From Gnetum montanum (taxonomy: Eukaryota; Plantae; Gnetophyta): a stretch of DNA of 64,000 nucleotides. Each line of letters begins with the position of its first letter. Position 1 is the stretch's first letter. Location of the stretch: positions 650,976-714,975 of the forward strand of contig MNCI01001310.1 in assembly GCA_015680685.1 (NCBI GenBank), given 5' to 3'. The notes under the pieces were generated by a model. That model had not been told where the DNA came from. It worked only from the letters and a program-made list of their open reading frames with translations, and searched no databases. A program made the position numbers and the translations under genes. This document shows positions 14,701 through 29,700 of this stretch, in pieces.

Positions 14701-17700
14701 TGTTGCTGTTGGAGGCTTTTGTGACTGATTATTGGGGATTGTTTTCTTTAATTTTGTGAGAGGATTTTGGCAGCACCTTGGACTTGCAATTTGAAGTTGA
14801 TTTCTTGAGGCTACCTTTTGGTCAACAACCCAAGCTTGAGGTACTTTTACCCTCCCCAAGTTCCTAACACTCAACTCTAGATGTGTGTATTCAAATTCTT
14901 TGGTAGAAAGAAAGTTTTAACAATTGTTTGAGGTGGTATTGGCTAAAACAAGTGAATCATTTCATGAGGGCATGTGGGATTTTCTTGGAAGTTTGCAAGT
15001 AATGCATAAGGTCTTTCATAAGTCTTGGATTTGATTTTTGGTATGCATGTTTTGGGCTTATGAGCAAGCATTTTCCTTTGGATCATGTGCACTTGGTATT
15101 TAATGTTTTCATGATCATTATAAAGGAATGCCCCCCATCAATCTATCCAAGGCTGGTGATCTCTTGTGTGGGCTACAAAGGCTTACTTCTTGGAGGTGCT
15201 TGATGGTGTTAGCCCCCACCATTTTATCCAACCGTGTTCTTCTTATGCGGGTTACAAGATGCTGTAGGGTTGGAGGGACTTGGTGTGCAACAGTTGGATG
15301 GCCAAAGGGACCATTGTGTACTCATTTGAAAATAAAAGAAAATAAATGCATATTGATGATTTTTGATGTCTTTGTGAAGTGCACATGTACTATTTTGAGG
15401 AGCATTTTTGGGTCAGTTTTTGAAAGGTTGCCAAGAGAGCTGTCATGTTGCAGTCCATTATTGAATGGTTCTTTGTGCAAGCCCACATTTCTCTCAATAC
15501 GAAAACATGAGAGGCTGGAAAAATTTACTAATGAAGATCAGAAAAGTTTGACACTGTTAATCCATCATGGTTATTAAGCTGGGTTGGAAATAAGCAATTC
15601 ACCCAAATTAATGTCTAGTATTTAGATGAATGATGACCGGTGTCTTCAAGTTGGATGGCTCTTAATGTGGGAATTGAATGCCACATGGCATAGGTAAAGT
15701 TCTTGAAACAAACCTATATAGATGGAATGATTTGGTTTGGCTGAAACATAGTGGAGGATTAGGAATAAATCCAACCACATCTGTTGGTGTTGCTTATAAA
15801 TTGAAATTTGGAAACAAGTGAGTTACATAATTGTTTGATGTTTTCTAGTTTCCCAAGTGATGGAAAGTGTTAGCCATGACCTTGACAAAGGTATTAGAGA
15901 AAGCTACCTATTTTATGGATTTAATTGAGATACAATTGAATACTCTTTGTTTTGGGAGATCAGCTAGGCATTTGAAAATAACAAAACATTATGAATTCAA
16001 AATCATTGGTTGTATTCATTGTTAGATATCATAGAGCTAATAAGCACACGATGTAGCAATTCTTAGGTTTATGAAAAGTGGCAAGGTTTTTCAACAAAAA
16101 TGTAAGCTAGGACGGGAAGGAGGTATGTAGGCCTTGTAGTCAACCCATCATTATATGTGTCACATCCTTAATAGTTGCTAGTGTAATTATAGCCCTAGCC
16201 ACACATACATATACTTTAAACTGAAAAAAAAAATTGCACTGAATTTTAGAGGGTGATTACTAGGGGTCCTACAGAATTTGTTGGAGATGCCCTAGTTGTT
16301 TGAAAGGATGATCTCAAATTAGATATGAAATATGCGGTCGAAGCAGAATCAGAGGAACTTCCAAAAGCATAGGCATGGAGTGTTGGTTTTGTTAGAAGGA
16401 CCATTTGAAAAAGGAAATGGCTATAAAAGGTTGAAGGAGCAAAATGAGAAAGAGGTTGTGAAAAAAAAAAAAAAAAAGAAGCTTGAAGAGTCAAATGAAC
16501 CAAAAGAGCATGTTGGATTGATGTTTGCCTACTTAGGTCTATCAAGAAATTTATCCAAAAATTTTGAAAATGTCTGGATTTTGAATAATGGTACTCATTT
16601 TCATATACATTTAAATCATAGCGATTTTGGTTCATATAATGAATATTTGTTAGACATTGTTCGTGTTGCAAAGAAGAGGGAGCTTCAAGTTTGTGGTATT
16701 GGAACTGTTGTGATAAAACAATAGGATAGACAATATATTAACATTAGAGATGTTTGTATCTTTTAGAACTTACAAAAAACTTGGTGTCTGTCAAGCAACT
16801 TAATGGGGTTGATTATAGGTTTTTTCCCCTAATTGTACATGGAAGATCAACAAAGAAGCAAGAAATCCCATTGAATGGAGCAAAGTAGGGTTCCTTTTAC
16901 ATTTTTCATGTTGGTGTCAAGAAACTTAGGGAGCGGTGTTGCTGCTGCTGTAATAGAAAATGTTAATTTATAGCATAGATGCTTAGGACATATTGTTGCA
17001 ACAATGTGAATTATATCATAATTGACCTAATATAGCTTATGTTTTTCTTGGTGTTGTAAGTAGATTCATGAGTAATCTACGTGGTCATAGTGAAACAGAT
17101 TTTGTGACATTTAAAGGAAACTCAATCTTACAAGCTATAGTTTGAAGGAGCAGATAATTAGGTAACAGGTTTTTTTGATGTAAATTTTTCTCCTATTTGG
17201 GAATTATTAAACATAAAAGCTATCATGTGTTTTTTGACAGTCAATGCAATATCTTTGGCAAAAAATCCAGCTTATCATGGAAGGATCAAATAGGTCGATG
17301 TAACGTATCATTTGACTTTAAACATAATTTTATAAAGAACATTGCACAAACTTATAGGATTAAAGTTTGAAATGTATAAAGCATCTTGCTTCATTGAAAT
17401 TAAAGGAATCCATGTAGAATTAAGAGATTTCAGTAGATGTCTAGATCTCCATAATTCATGTACCATATTGTAAATACATGTTCAATAATATTTAAAGATT
17501 TTTTATGAAAATCCACTGGAAAACTGTCAAGACTTAGTGATTTATTAGTTTTCATCATGAAAACCACTTTCTAAATTTCTTCATTCATTACAAGATTATT
17601 CAAAAATGTTATATTAGCCACTGTGAGCTTAGTTTCAACACAGTCAAGTACTTTATTTCATTATGTTTCATTTGGAGTGGCTCAAGATGAAAATAAATCT

Positions 17701-20700
17701 TTAAAATATTTAACAGCAATTTTACTAAATTTTATTTTGACCTTTGGTATTTCTCCATATTCATTAATCACTTATATAATATTATTATGAGCATGATGCT
17801 TGGATGCTACTATGAAATAATTTAGAATTAGTATCTCCCTTCTTAATCCATTGAATTCTAGATCTTTTTTTAAGATCATTTTCTTTACACTGATGATTAA
17901 TTCCTATGGCTTCTTGAATATCATGAATATTTTTCTGCATTTTCTTCTCTCACTTTTGGCTAATTAACATGTGAGCATTATGCCAAAATTTAATTTCAGT
18001 TTTAACGATCTTTAGTTTCTGTAAACAGATAAATTCTTTGTAACTAAGGGCATTGGTGCTGCACTAGTTTGCTTTATGATTGTACGTTTCTTTCATGTTA
18101 AACTTGCCATTATTCCGTCTAAATATTCTTTTTTTTTATGTAGCTTCATGTTATCATAGAATAAAATAAGCCATGATCTGAACTTCTTATCAATTTTTCA
18201 CCTTGAACTTGGGAAAAAATTTCAAAACATTCAACATTATCTCATGAATTGGTTGATTTTAGAAAAAAATAAATTATCATCCTGTAATTGATTACTCCAA
18301 TCATAGTCACAATCTTTAATAGGAATATCTACTAGACTAAGATTATTCATAAATTTCTGAAGTAGTTCTATAGTTTTAGACTTTTAGTATACCAATGTTT
18401 CCCATCTTTCTTTTCGTGTTTTTGAAGTATAGTATTAAAATATCCTTTAATTAAAACAGGACATCTAAGTTGACATATTTGATTTTGAAAATCATTATAG
18501 AATTTCTTCTTTTTTGAAAAATTTGAAAGTACATAAACCTCAATCATGTAAAAAACTAATTATCCATTTAAGATTTGAACAATGTTATTTAAATTATTCC
18601 AAATTAGTATCATACTTCAATCACCTTTAACCAATATTCAAAGATCTCTTGAATGACAGTTTGCCTTTATTATGATAGAGTTAAAATCCAAATGTTTATC
18701 AATTATATCTTGACTATATTGAACATTGCACTTACATTTAGAGATAAATGACACATTAGGTTTTAATATATGACACCTTTCCATCAGGGGCTCCATTCTC
18801 AAGTTTTTTTTTAATCTTTTTCATTCAACCCCTTGAATTCTGTGCAATGATCTTCATTTAGATGCGTAGGAGTTAGCTGCTATGTGGGGTTTTAGATTTT
18901 CAAGTGAGCCAAGAGTTTTTATATCTTGAATAGTTTTTCCTTGGTTCATGTTGCTTTGGTCCATGTCGTATATTTGCCCGTCCAACTTTAGGAATAAACT
19001 GCTTTGTAGAACCAGAACTCTCTGTTAAACATGGTAAATCAACACCTGGTACATCTTCACTAAATTAATATTCTTTGTTGTCAGACAATTCATTTTTGTA
19101 TTTATCAAGAGTTTTAAAGACGGTGGCTTTCTGGTGTTTGAAGCAGACTATTATACCAAAGGCATTGCAGCTAGTAGCAATGGGGCTTCGCATGTTTTCT
19201 TTGAGTCCTGCCCTCACAGTTACCATAATGTTGGTGAGATCCTAGTTAAAAATTTGAATACAAAATTTATTCAGATTCAGCCTTACACATGTAGCTTTAA
19301 ATATGGCTGGGTTAAGATTTCTCAGAATTCCCTTTTTTTCTGGTAACAGATTTTTCCATGCATTTCCTTAGCAATTGCAAATCTTGGTGAAAAGTTGCGT
19401 CACGTATCTAGAATGGCAGAGGAAAGTATTGCAGCCCTTTCCTCGTATTTGAATGAGGTAATTACTATTTTTTTTAAAATTTAAAATGATTTTGCAAGAG
19501 AATTTTTAACGACTCTTATTGGTTTTATAAACCTATTGGGATTTTGGTTAACGGTTGGCAGTTTTCCACGGTTTAAAGAAAATATTTAGGACTTCTATGA
19601 CACTACATGGGATGAAATAGTACCAAAATGACTTTTAACATTTTTTTTCTTGAACAAGTAAAAAGAGATTATGCAATTAAAATAAAATTTGAAATACAAT
19701 AAGAAACTGAGTTTTAACAGTGCAGATAAAAAATGTGTAGCAAAAAATCATTCTTCATCATGAGAATTCAAATAACACAACTTCAAAAGTCTTTCCATAT
19801 GTCATCTACACCTACTGTAGGCATTTGAGAGGTTTTATTTTACTCTCTTGTGGTTACAAAGATTAATTTTCATACTTATACAAAGTCATAACTTGTATTC
19901 TTCAGTGGACTTTATTTTATATATTGTTTATGAGACTTTTGATGTAACAACCCGTAGGACCGCTAATAACCACCCTCTAAAAATTAGTAAATTTTTTTTT
20001 CTTTTCCAATCCTCTAAAAACATGGGATTATACTTACATTAGCAACTAATAAGGATGTCAATCATGATGATGGGATGATTATAGGGCCTACATACCTCAT
20101 TCCCTCATTAGACTTAACAAATTGTTGATATGATGAGGCCTTGCCACTTCTCATAATCCTAAGGATTGATGCATCTATTGTATATAATCAGTCTTTAGTA
20201 GTGTTATGATACCTTAAAAACTAGCTTTGTCCAAGGTGATTGCTAACACTCTACATCACTTGTGAAGCTAGATAACATCAAACATTTGTGTGACTCACTT
20301 GTTTTAAGTTTTATTTTACAAGCAGCACCAACGGATGTGGTTGGATGTACTCCTAGTCTTCTACTATGTTTCTGCCATACAAGATCATTGAATCTATAAT
20401 AGGCTTCAAACAATGGTTGGGAATAAAAAATGTATAGGTTTCAACAACTTTGCCCATGCAATGTGGCGTTGCATTCCCACATTGAGGGCCATCCAACTCA
20501 AAAAATTTGATCACCATTTGGTCATGAGTTGGGTTATCTTCGGGTTTTAAATTACATAAACAATGTTTGACTCAACCATCATTTTTGGACTACACCACGA
20601 TATACCCCTAGGATAGGTAACTGAGGATCATATGTGTCGTGGGTGCACATGTATGAAGATATTAAGCCTAAGTAAGCATATGTACAAGTAGGGTTGGATT

Positions 20701-23700
20701 GTGGTGCTTATTTCCATGTCTAGGGTAGGGTGTATGCAAAATAAATAAACAATGCAACCCATCCATTCAAGGTATGGGGATGAATATATATTATTATTAA
20801 AAATGATTAGGTAATGATCCCTAAAAATACTACATGCTTTACACAATGCACACCAATCAAATGTATCATCCACCTAATTACTAATTATGATTTTAGGTGA
20901 ATTGCTTATCCTAGGGCTCAAAGGGCTTCTAATCATAATTCATGTGGGTTAATTTTATGGAAAGTAAATAAATAGACATGATCACTCATATTTTTTTTGT
21001 TTTGCACAAATAAAACAATATGATTGCTAATAAATAAATGGGTTTAGCACAGGGTAGCAAAAATAAATAAACGATATTCACTTTGCATGAAGGGAAAATC
21101 TAACTATGACAAAATGTACAAACATTCATGTAATGAAACACTTACTCCAAGGAGACCTCCAACCTTCCAAGATGCATCTCAAGTGCATTTTAAATGTCAT
21201 ATAAGAATTAGCTCACATCATACAATGGAGAGATTTACAATAGTTAGGGTTTGTGTTTCATAGAACAATTAGCCAATGTTTTTCTGGATTTTCAGACATC
21301 CAAAATTGGGCAAAGAAACTCTGAAAGTAGAGCTTAAATTTTTATTAATCAGATCTATGTTTAGGGGAGATTGAGGGCTTGAAAATAAATCTAAGATTAT
21401 AATCCACACAGCTCATGGGAGTTGGGATTTAACAAGGTTGTGTTTTCTTTTTTTCTGTTTCTTTCTTTAATTCCCTCTTAGCCTAAGGTATCTTTCAGGC
21501 TCTACAATATCAGTAATTGGGAGATAGAATCTTGGGAAAAGATTACCAGCAATAATGATAATAACAGTATCAGTTCCCCTTTTTCTTAATTTTGCAGGTT
21601 AAAATAGAGAATAGAAAAACTCTAAATTCCCTTTTTTCTAAAAAAAAAGAGAAACAAAGGAAGATTTTATGTGATGATTGTCATTTACATTTTTACCATT
21701 ATCTAAGAAATCAGAAACAGTAAATGCCAGACAATAACAAATAGGAAAAAAATGGCAGTCTTTATACTAGCATTGTTAAAGAATCAAAATTCTAATTTTT
21801 ATGAAATAGAAAACAAACAAAATCTCATGTGCTGATGTGCAATATGGAAAGAAGAAACAACTATAAAATCTGATATACATTAAGTTTGAACACCATGATG
21901 GATTAACATGGTTCCAAGCTTTGACATCTTCCTTAATAAATTTTCCAGCCTCTCATGCTTTTACATTGAGAGCAATGTAGGCTTGAATAAAGGACCATTT
22001 AACAATGATTTTGTACATGACAACTCTCATAGAAACCCCTCAAAACTGACCCAAAAATCATCAACAAAATAGAACATGTGCACTTAACAAAAGACATAAA
22101 AATTCCTCAATATGCATAGCTTTATTTTTAATATTAAAATGAGTACCCAATGGACCCTTTGGCCATCTAGCTGTGCTACACCAAGTCTTTCCAACTGTAC
22201 AACTTCTTGTAGCCCACACAAGAAGAATGTTGGGGTTGGACAAAATGGTGGGGGCTAACACCATCAAGCACCTTCAAGAATTAAGCCTTTGTACCCCACA
22301 CAAGAGATCACTAGCCTTGGATAGAATGATAGGGGGCATTTCTTTTATAAAACAAAAATGATCACAAAAAGATGAAATACCTAGTGCACATGACACATAA
22401 AATGCTAACTCATAAGCCCAAAACATGCATACCAAAAATGAAATCCAAGACACACGAGAGACTCCATGCATGATTTAAAACTCACAAGAAATTCCACATG
22501 CCCTCATGTAATAATTCTCACTTGTCCAAGCCAATACAATTTCAAGCACCTACTAAAAAATTTTGTACAAGGGTTTGAAATACACACCTTTAAAGTTGAA
22601 CTTAACCAATTTGGGGAGGGAGAAGACACCTCAAAGTTGGGTTGTTGTCCACAGCCAATAGCCTCAAGAAATCAGCTTCAAATTGCATGTCCAAGGTGTT
22701 GCCAAAATCCCCTCACAAAATCAGAGAAAATAGTCCCTTAGATCAGCTGAACAGTCCCAAAAAGCTTCCTACAGCAGCAGCAAAATCCACCTCCCAACAG
22801 CTCACAAGAACACTTAAAACTGCCCAAGAGATAGTTGAGAACAAGCAAGGAACAATCACTCTTCCTCTCCTTTCCTCAAATCCTCACCCCTCCAACTAGC
22901 ATAGTCTCCCCTTTCTTGGTCAAAAGTGCAAATGAGAGCAAACATTCCCTCTACTTATAGGATGGAGGAGATCCTAGGGCTTGGGTGAAGACTTGTGCAC
23001 AAAAGTATACACAATAGATAAGGAGTGGACAAGCTATTCTTCAAAAATCCTTTTTTTTATTCATGGCATTATTGCTACTTGACTTGGACAATCAAGCTCT
23101 CATGAGGGAGTAGACATGTGAAATTGATGACACTCAAGAGAGTCACATGGCCCCTATTAAGTGAGTCGTTTGTCCCTTTTCCATCCATTAATATGAAGTG
23201 GACAATTTGCACATAAATAAAATGGATATCATCATAAGTATGTCATGGAGCATACATTACCATCCCACATTGACTTTTCTCATGGCCCTACCTTTTTTGT
23301 CTTGTTTTAAGTCACTTTTTAGTTTATATGCTATGAGGGTTTCTAATTTTTTTTGGCTTTTTATCTATTTTCCACATTTCTTATAATTTATCTAGTAAAA
23401 ATCATCGATGCTAAACTTTTTGTCCATCCAACATTTTACACATGCTGAGCTTGTTGTAATGAGCACAAACATGCCATAACTACCATGCTAGAAATTAATA
23501 TTTTGATTGAATCAAAGAAAATATGGTCCTAGCAGGTACTTTTTTAATTGTTTAATATTAAAATCTCAAAATCTAGGGCTTGAATTGAAAAACTAATTGT
23601 AGATCTATACTTTAGGTGTAAAGCCGAGTTAGTCCACCAAATTTGAGTGTGATTTGTCACTTTTGAATTTTGACATATTTTAATTAATTAAATATTTAAT

Positions 23701-26700
23701 ATTTTAAAAATTCTAACTAAACATCAAAATAAACCATGAATCCACATAGTGTTAATTTTCTTATATGATTCTAAAATAATGCTAGACTTTGCAATGCTCA
23801 TTCATTAATAAAAAAATATATTTTTAAAACTTAAAATTATAAAAAAACAAAAATTAGAAATAAAGATTAATCTTGCTTATGTCACCCAAACAAAGGTCTT
23901 CATGTTACTAAGAAGTATTAGACACATCTACAAATATATATAAGCTTTAAAACAAATAAAGTCTAAGTATTTAATATAGTACTAAGGTCACATTTACAAA
24001 TGTGGGGCATTACACAACCTTGACTTTTGTAAGATTGCTTTTGGTTATGAAATACATAATCATTATTAATATATCACAATTTGTTTAGTTCCAAGTTCCT
24101 TTATCTTTATTATGTTTATGAAGGCATGAATGTTTGTTGGGTTTCAATTTTAACAATTGTGATTAGAATTGGTATCGAATCATGATCCACTTTAGAATTG
24201 TGAAGTTGGAAAAGAAAAGGAGTAATTTATATATTTGTTAATGTTTTAATCATTTTTTGAGAGAAATTTGGGTATACTAATAAAATTCGATATGTACAAT
24301 ATGCCCCAACCATCACCCTCCCCCTCCCCCCCAACCCTGGTATCACCTTGCAAAAACCCTAGCTGGGGGGGGGGGGGGGGGGGGNGGCGTGCGGGGCATA
24401 AGTATTATAACACTAGCACTTATCATTTGATATATTATATGTTATAGCTTACATTTGAATTTTTTTGTAATGTATATGGGAGTATAGACAATGAATTTAG
24501 GTTGATGTTCATGCTTGATGCAATGTCGTTATATTAATATGTTTAGAAATTTCTATTTTAAAGTTGAATATAGTGTTTTTTAAAGGATTTTCAATTTTGT
24601 CTTTCTAATTACATATATTTTTGAAAATGATTAAAAATTCAATATTTTTGAATGTTTTTTAATATTGCGATTGCACGTGATTCCGAATTGTGATTTGTGA
24701 TCTGAAATTTTTGAAATGAAAAAATGATCTACAATCCAATCTGATCTTCATAAGTATGGTCTTTATCATTGTGAGTGTTCAAGCAAGATATATTTTTGTA
24801 CCACTTCAAACTTCACTTTTTCATATGCACATATTTTTAAACATGTCACTTTTTCTTTGTGTCTTTTGGAAAAAAATGTAGTACTATTATTGGATTCTTT
24901 GCAGTGTTATTGTGAGCAAAATGCACATAACAATTTTAAAAACATTTGAACTTATAAAAATAACAAAAAGCTGAATTTTACATGGATATAAACACCCAAT
25001 CTATTAGACAACATAGCATGGCATAACCAAAAAAATGTTTTATACTTACAACCAAGCCAAACTCCTTATAAGAAAGAACGTGGTTCCTAACATATTTGCT
25101 TGAGGTATATTCATGAGTGCAATATCATTAGTAAACAGCATACATACAAGGATTCCATCTTGTATTTCCTTTGTTCATCCACACAATGAGAGCAAGCATA
25201 TATATACTAAGCTCAAACCCTTGATGCAAACATCATCATCATCATCATCCTAGTGTTATCCCAACTACATGTGGTTGGTTATATAAATTCTTTTACACTA
25301 TTCACTTCTAGTAAGAATTGAATATGTTGTCTTTTTAGAGTAGAAGATAGTAATTTTTTGTTTTTATTATACAATAGGAGTTTATTTTAATAAAATATAG
25401 GAAATTTTTGGATTGATGGGTAGTTTTAATGTTATTTTAGCCCAAATCCATATATATATTTACTTTTTAAGGTTTTTTTTTTGTCATTGGGGCTATATTG
25501 TATTATTTTTAGTAAACTTTGCCTCACTTGTTACATAATATATCCAAGGCATCTCTTGGAAATTTGTATCATGCAATCATCAACATAATTTTAGCAAGAA
25601 TTTCACTTGTTCATCATCAATTCATCAACCTTTCAGTAATTCATCAACTTTCTTTTTTGAGAGAAAGTCGAGATTCATTAAATGAAAGTAAAGGTAATGT
25701 ACAACAGTGGCAGCGCGTGGTCGACACTAGCAGGAAAGGGTAGGAGCCTCATGGCAGGCCATAGAACCCCTAGCCCACAACCCCAAAATAGAACCCCGCC
25801 AAATGGCTGGCCCAAAGCCCACACAAGTGCTTTCGAATCAGTCCCCCAAAATAAACCACACCCCCCCCCTCCCCCCAAAAAAAAAAACCCCCACACCAGA
25901 TTGCTAGGACATCAAAATGAGCCTTTCTTTGTTTGTGTCATACTGGCCGTTGTGGAGCCCTCCTCAATGCTTGACATCCCCGCCGCGGATGCCCCCAAAT
26001 CACCTCCCGCCTAGCCTAGAGATGGGCTTGCTCATTACGCTCGATCGTTTCGGCCACACTCCGCTACGACTCCCTTCTAACCCCTAGTTGCCGTTGAGCT
26101 CCACAACTCTCCCGTCACTGCTTGTGCAGCTTGACCATTCGAGCATACTTAGCCATGTGATGCTCAAGCAAGTCTTCCATGAGTTGTAGATCCTTGATCC
26201 TCTGCGCATCCGCCTGTGCTTGAATTGATGCCTGCATCGCCTCCCAGCAGGATTGCTAGATTGCCCTTTCCTCAGATCTTGTGTGCTTTGTTGCCGAATG
26301 GTAGGCCGCCTTGAGGGTTGCCCATGTTTGATCAGCTTGTGTAGGCTGCCCGCCCTGTGTGCCGTCTGGTTCCACCTTCCCTGTGTTGGCACTAGATGTC
26401 TAGCCCTCCTCACTTATCCCCTTCGGTTGCTCAGGCTTCCGTGTCCCTTGCGCCAAACCTTGAGGTCTCCTGTGGTAAATGAGCATCGACGTAGCCCTCA
26501 CTTGCGTTGGTATGTTGGCACTCCCTACTCTCCAGAGCATTAGGATGACCCCGAAGTGTCATTTGGGCCTTTTTCGCCTCAGAGAGCATAGGAGAAAATG
26601 GGGAATGTTAGTCAGAATATTGTGATGGATACACCTAAGGAAGGCGAAGTGCACCCCCACTAGATGAAGCAACAACCCGGATTGGACAAAAAAATGATCT

Positions 26701-29700
26701 ACAAGATCCGTGGCTACCTACCAAACCCTTGGTAGCTTATTTTTCCGTACATGGCCACTAGTGGTCCATGGCACAGTACCTTGGAAAAACTCCGTCGCAC
26801 ACGTTTGGGAGTGAATTGCCTGCGGGATAACCTCCCTTTCTGTAGGCACCCCCAAAACCTCCTGCAGAGCCATCTCAGTTAGCGTTATGATTCGGCCCCT
26901 AAACCGCGTTTCCTTGCCCTCCCAGTTTGTGAAGAAACTTTCTGTCGGTAACCCAAGCTCCCCTTCCATACGATGCAACATTTCCTCCCATCCCATTCTT
27001 GCAATTAGCGGCCATAGTTGAGCATCTCCGATGAATTTAGTGATCGCAAGTTTGTGAATTGGCCCCCATGCCATGGCCTACGTTGCTTCTGTCCACAAGA
27101 AGACTCTGGCCCTGATGATTGCAGATGGCATTGGCACCTATTGCCCTTTGAAATAGAATTGTTTTTGCTTTTCCAAGCAGACCATACTATAGCCAGTGCT
27201 TGAGAGTCCCTGGAAGGCAAAGGGGGGGGGGGGGAAGCCGCGCTATCCACCAAACCTCCCATAAACAGGCATTGGTTAAGCAAATGAATTAACGTCTTCA
27301 CCTCTTTTTGATAGAGAGGGCATGTATCATTAGCAACTATTCCCCGCACCCTCAATGCCGCCTGCATCGGTCAGGCATTATGCTTAACAAGCCAACCAAA
27401 AGCTTTTACCTTTTCTGGTAGTTTGCCTTTCCACAACTCTTTCTACCCAGTGATTGGCAGATACAGCTTCTTGATCACCTTGGATGGTGGTTTGCCCAAC
27501 AACCCTTTGGCCTCCATTATTTTGACATGGTGGTAGAGGTTTTTCTATAGGTATGAGCATCTGTTGTCTGCCTCCCATCGATTATACTTCTGGTCAATTA
27601 TCCTCATCCAAGGGGCTTGCTCCCTGGGTTGCATCAACATTTTGTTTAGTAGGTGTTGCAGGTCAAACGTGGCCTCATCCCTAAAAGATAGCACCCCGGT
27701 TCCTCTTGCCTCCCGTGGGCTCGCAATCAGCTGCCAACAAACCAAGTGTAAATTTTCCCCCTTTGCCCCTACACCGAATGAAATGCCTGATCATTTGGTC
27801 CACTTTTTGGATGACCACAATTGGCAGAACAACCATAGAAGTGGTGTAACAGGCAGTAGCCATCAGCATCGTAGATGCTAGTAACATACCCCTCCATGAC
27901 AGGAACCGGTTACTCTAGTGCTTAATTTTTGCCTACACCTTTTCCAATAGACCCACCCACATTCCGTTCCGGTGCCACTCAAATATTAGCATTCCTAGGT
28001 ACAAATCCTGCTGCCTACCAGGCAATATGCCGAGCACTTGCACAATTTTCATGCTTACCTACCCCGTGGTGTTAGAGAAATGTATGGCCGATTTTCCCTT
28101 ATTAATTGCCAGCTCCAGTTCCCCCTCCATCTTGTGTAGGGCCCGTTAATGCTTCCACTTGTGGCACCATGGCTTTGGAGAACAAAATTGTGTCATCCAC
28201 AAAATGCATAGCTAGGTAGTGCTCCCCTGCAATAGTTAGCCCCTGCATCCCCTTGGCAGAGCAGTAAGCTTGCAGCAGGTCCATAACCAGGAGAAAAAGC
28301 AAGGGAGAAAGCAGATCACCCTGGTGCAACCCCCTGCCCATGGTATTGAAACCCCACAGCTGACCATCAGTATCCAGCGAATATCGGCCCAATCTTTGTA
28401 TTTGGAGATAGAGGTTAACAAAAGTAGGGCTGAAGCCTTTTAACATTATGATTTGCTTTAAGGTCGCCTAACTTATCGTGTTGTAGGCCTTGGCAATATC
28501 TAATTTGATGCACATGCTTGGAAACTACGATCTGTGCAGTGAGTGCAAAACCTCCTGAAGCAGTAGAACCTGATCTTGTAGGAAGTGGTTCCTGATGAAC
28601 CCAGCTTGGTACACTCCCACAACCTTCGTCATTCAAGGGGCCAATCGTGCCACAAGCAGTTTTGAAAATAAGGAGAGCAATGTGTTATAGACCCCAATGG
28701 GCTTGAAATGAGCTGGCTCCAACGGATTTGGCACTTTCGATAGGAACACAATCTGGGAGCAGTTGATTTCCCATCTCACCTGCTGCCAACTAAGCATTGT
28801 ATTAAATGCGTCCAACATGTTCTCCCCTACTATGTCTTCAAATTCTCTGAAAAATTCTACTGGCCAACCATCGGGCCCCAAGGCCTTGTTAATCTGCATT
28901 GATCACAGCACTGTGTGTAGCTCGACCTAAGTGAAGGGTTGAAGAAGCCTCTTTTTGTCAAACCCTGACACCATTTGTTGCACGGGCATCAAAATTTGTG
29001 TTGTCTCCCACCTATGCCATATGTTGCCCCAATATGCTTGTAAGACATCTGCAATTTCCTGCTCGTTGGTTGCGTTACCTGCCACCTGCATATGCAGCTT
29101 GTGCTTCAAGCTCCCCTTGCTTTTGGCAGTGGCATACAAGAAACACGTGTTCCTGTCCTCATCTTTCGGCCAGGAAACTCGAGCCCTCTGCCGCCAATAC
29201 TCTTCCTCCTCCTTGTGCAACGCTTGTAATTCTTGAATCAGTTCTTACTCCTCATCTTGTTAGGTTGGCCCTAGCCTCTTGCCTGTCTTGCACGTCCCTC
29301 AGGTCGGCTTGCAGTCGTTGTTGGTATGTCTTGAAACCATATTTCTCCTTCGATGTCTGAGCATTTATCTGATTTTTTAATTCCTTTAGCCCCTTTGTTA
29401 GAAACTCTCTCGGGTCCCGAGCTTCAGAGTAGTTTTGCCATATGCTTTGCACCAATGGCCAGAGCCAAGGTTTACTCAACCAAGTTTGTTCAAAATGGAA
29501 AGGTCTGGGCATTGGGCTTTGCCCCCCACCAAGCCAATATAAAATCGACCTATGATTAGAAGCCTATCATTCTTGTCCTATCACCCATATGTCTGGCTCC
29601 AATAGCAGCCTTGTACTCACCTAGACTCCATCATCCTAGATTGGACTCGATCATACCTTCGTCTTCTATTACTCCAGGCGTATTTGCAGCCCTCAATGTC

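Larger units (their letters stand above)
12830..17450 (+). mobile_element. Degenerate Ty1/copia element, interrupted by an LTR-like repeat
   Basis: Gag-like segment at about 13190-13690. Protease-like [12 protein letters not shown] (about 16570), LxHRCLGHI pre-integrase motif (about 16970) and RNase H-like [15 protein letters not shown] (about 17245). Confidence 0.65.
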
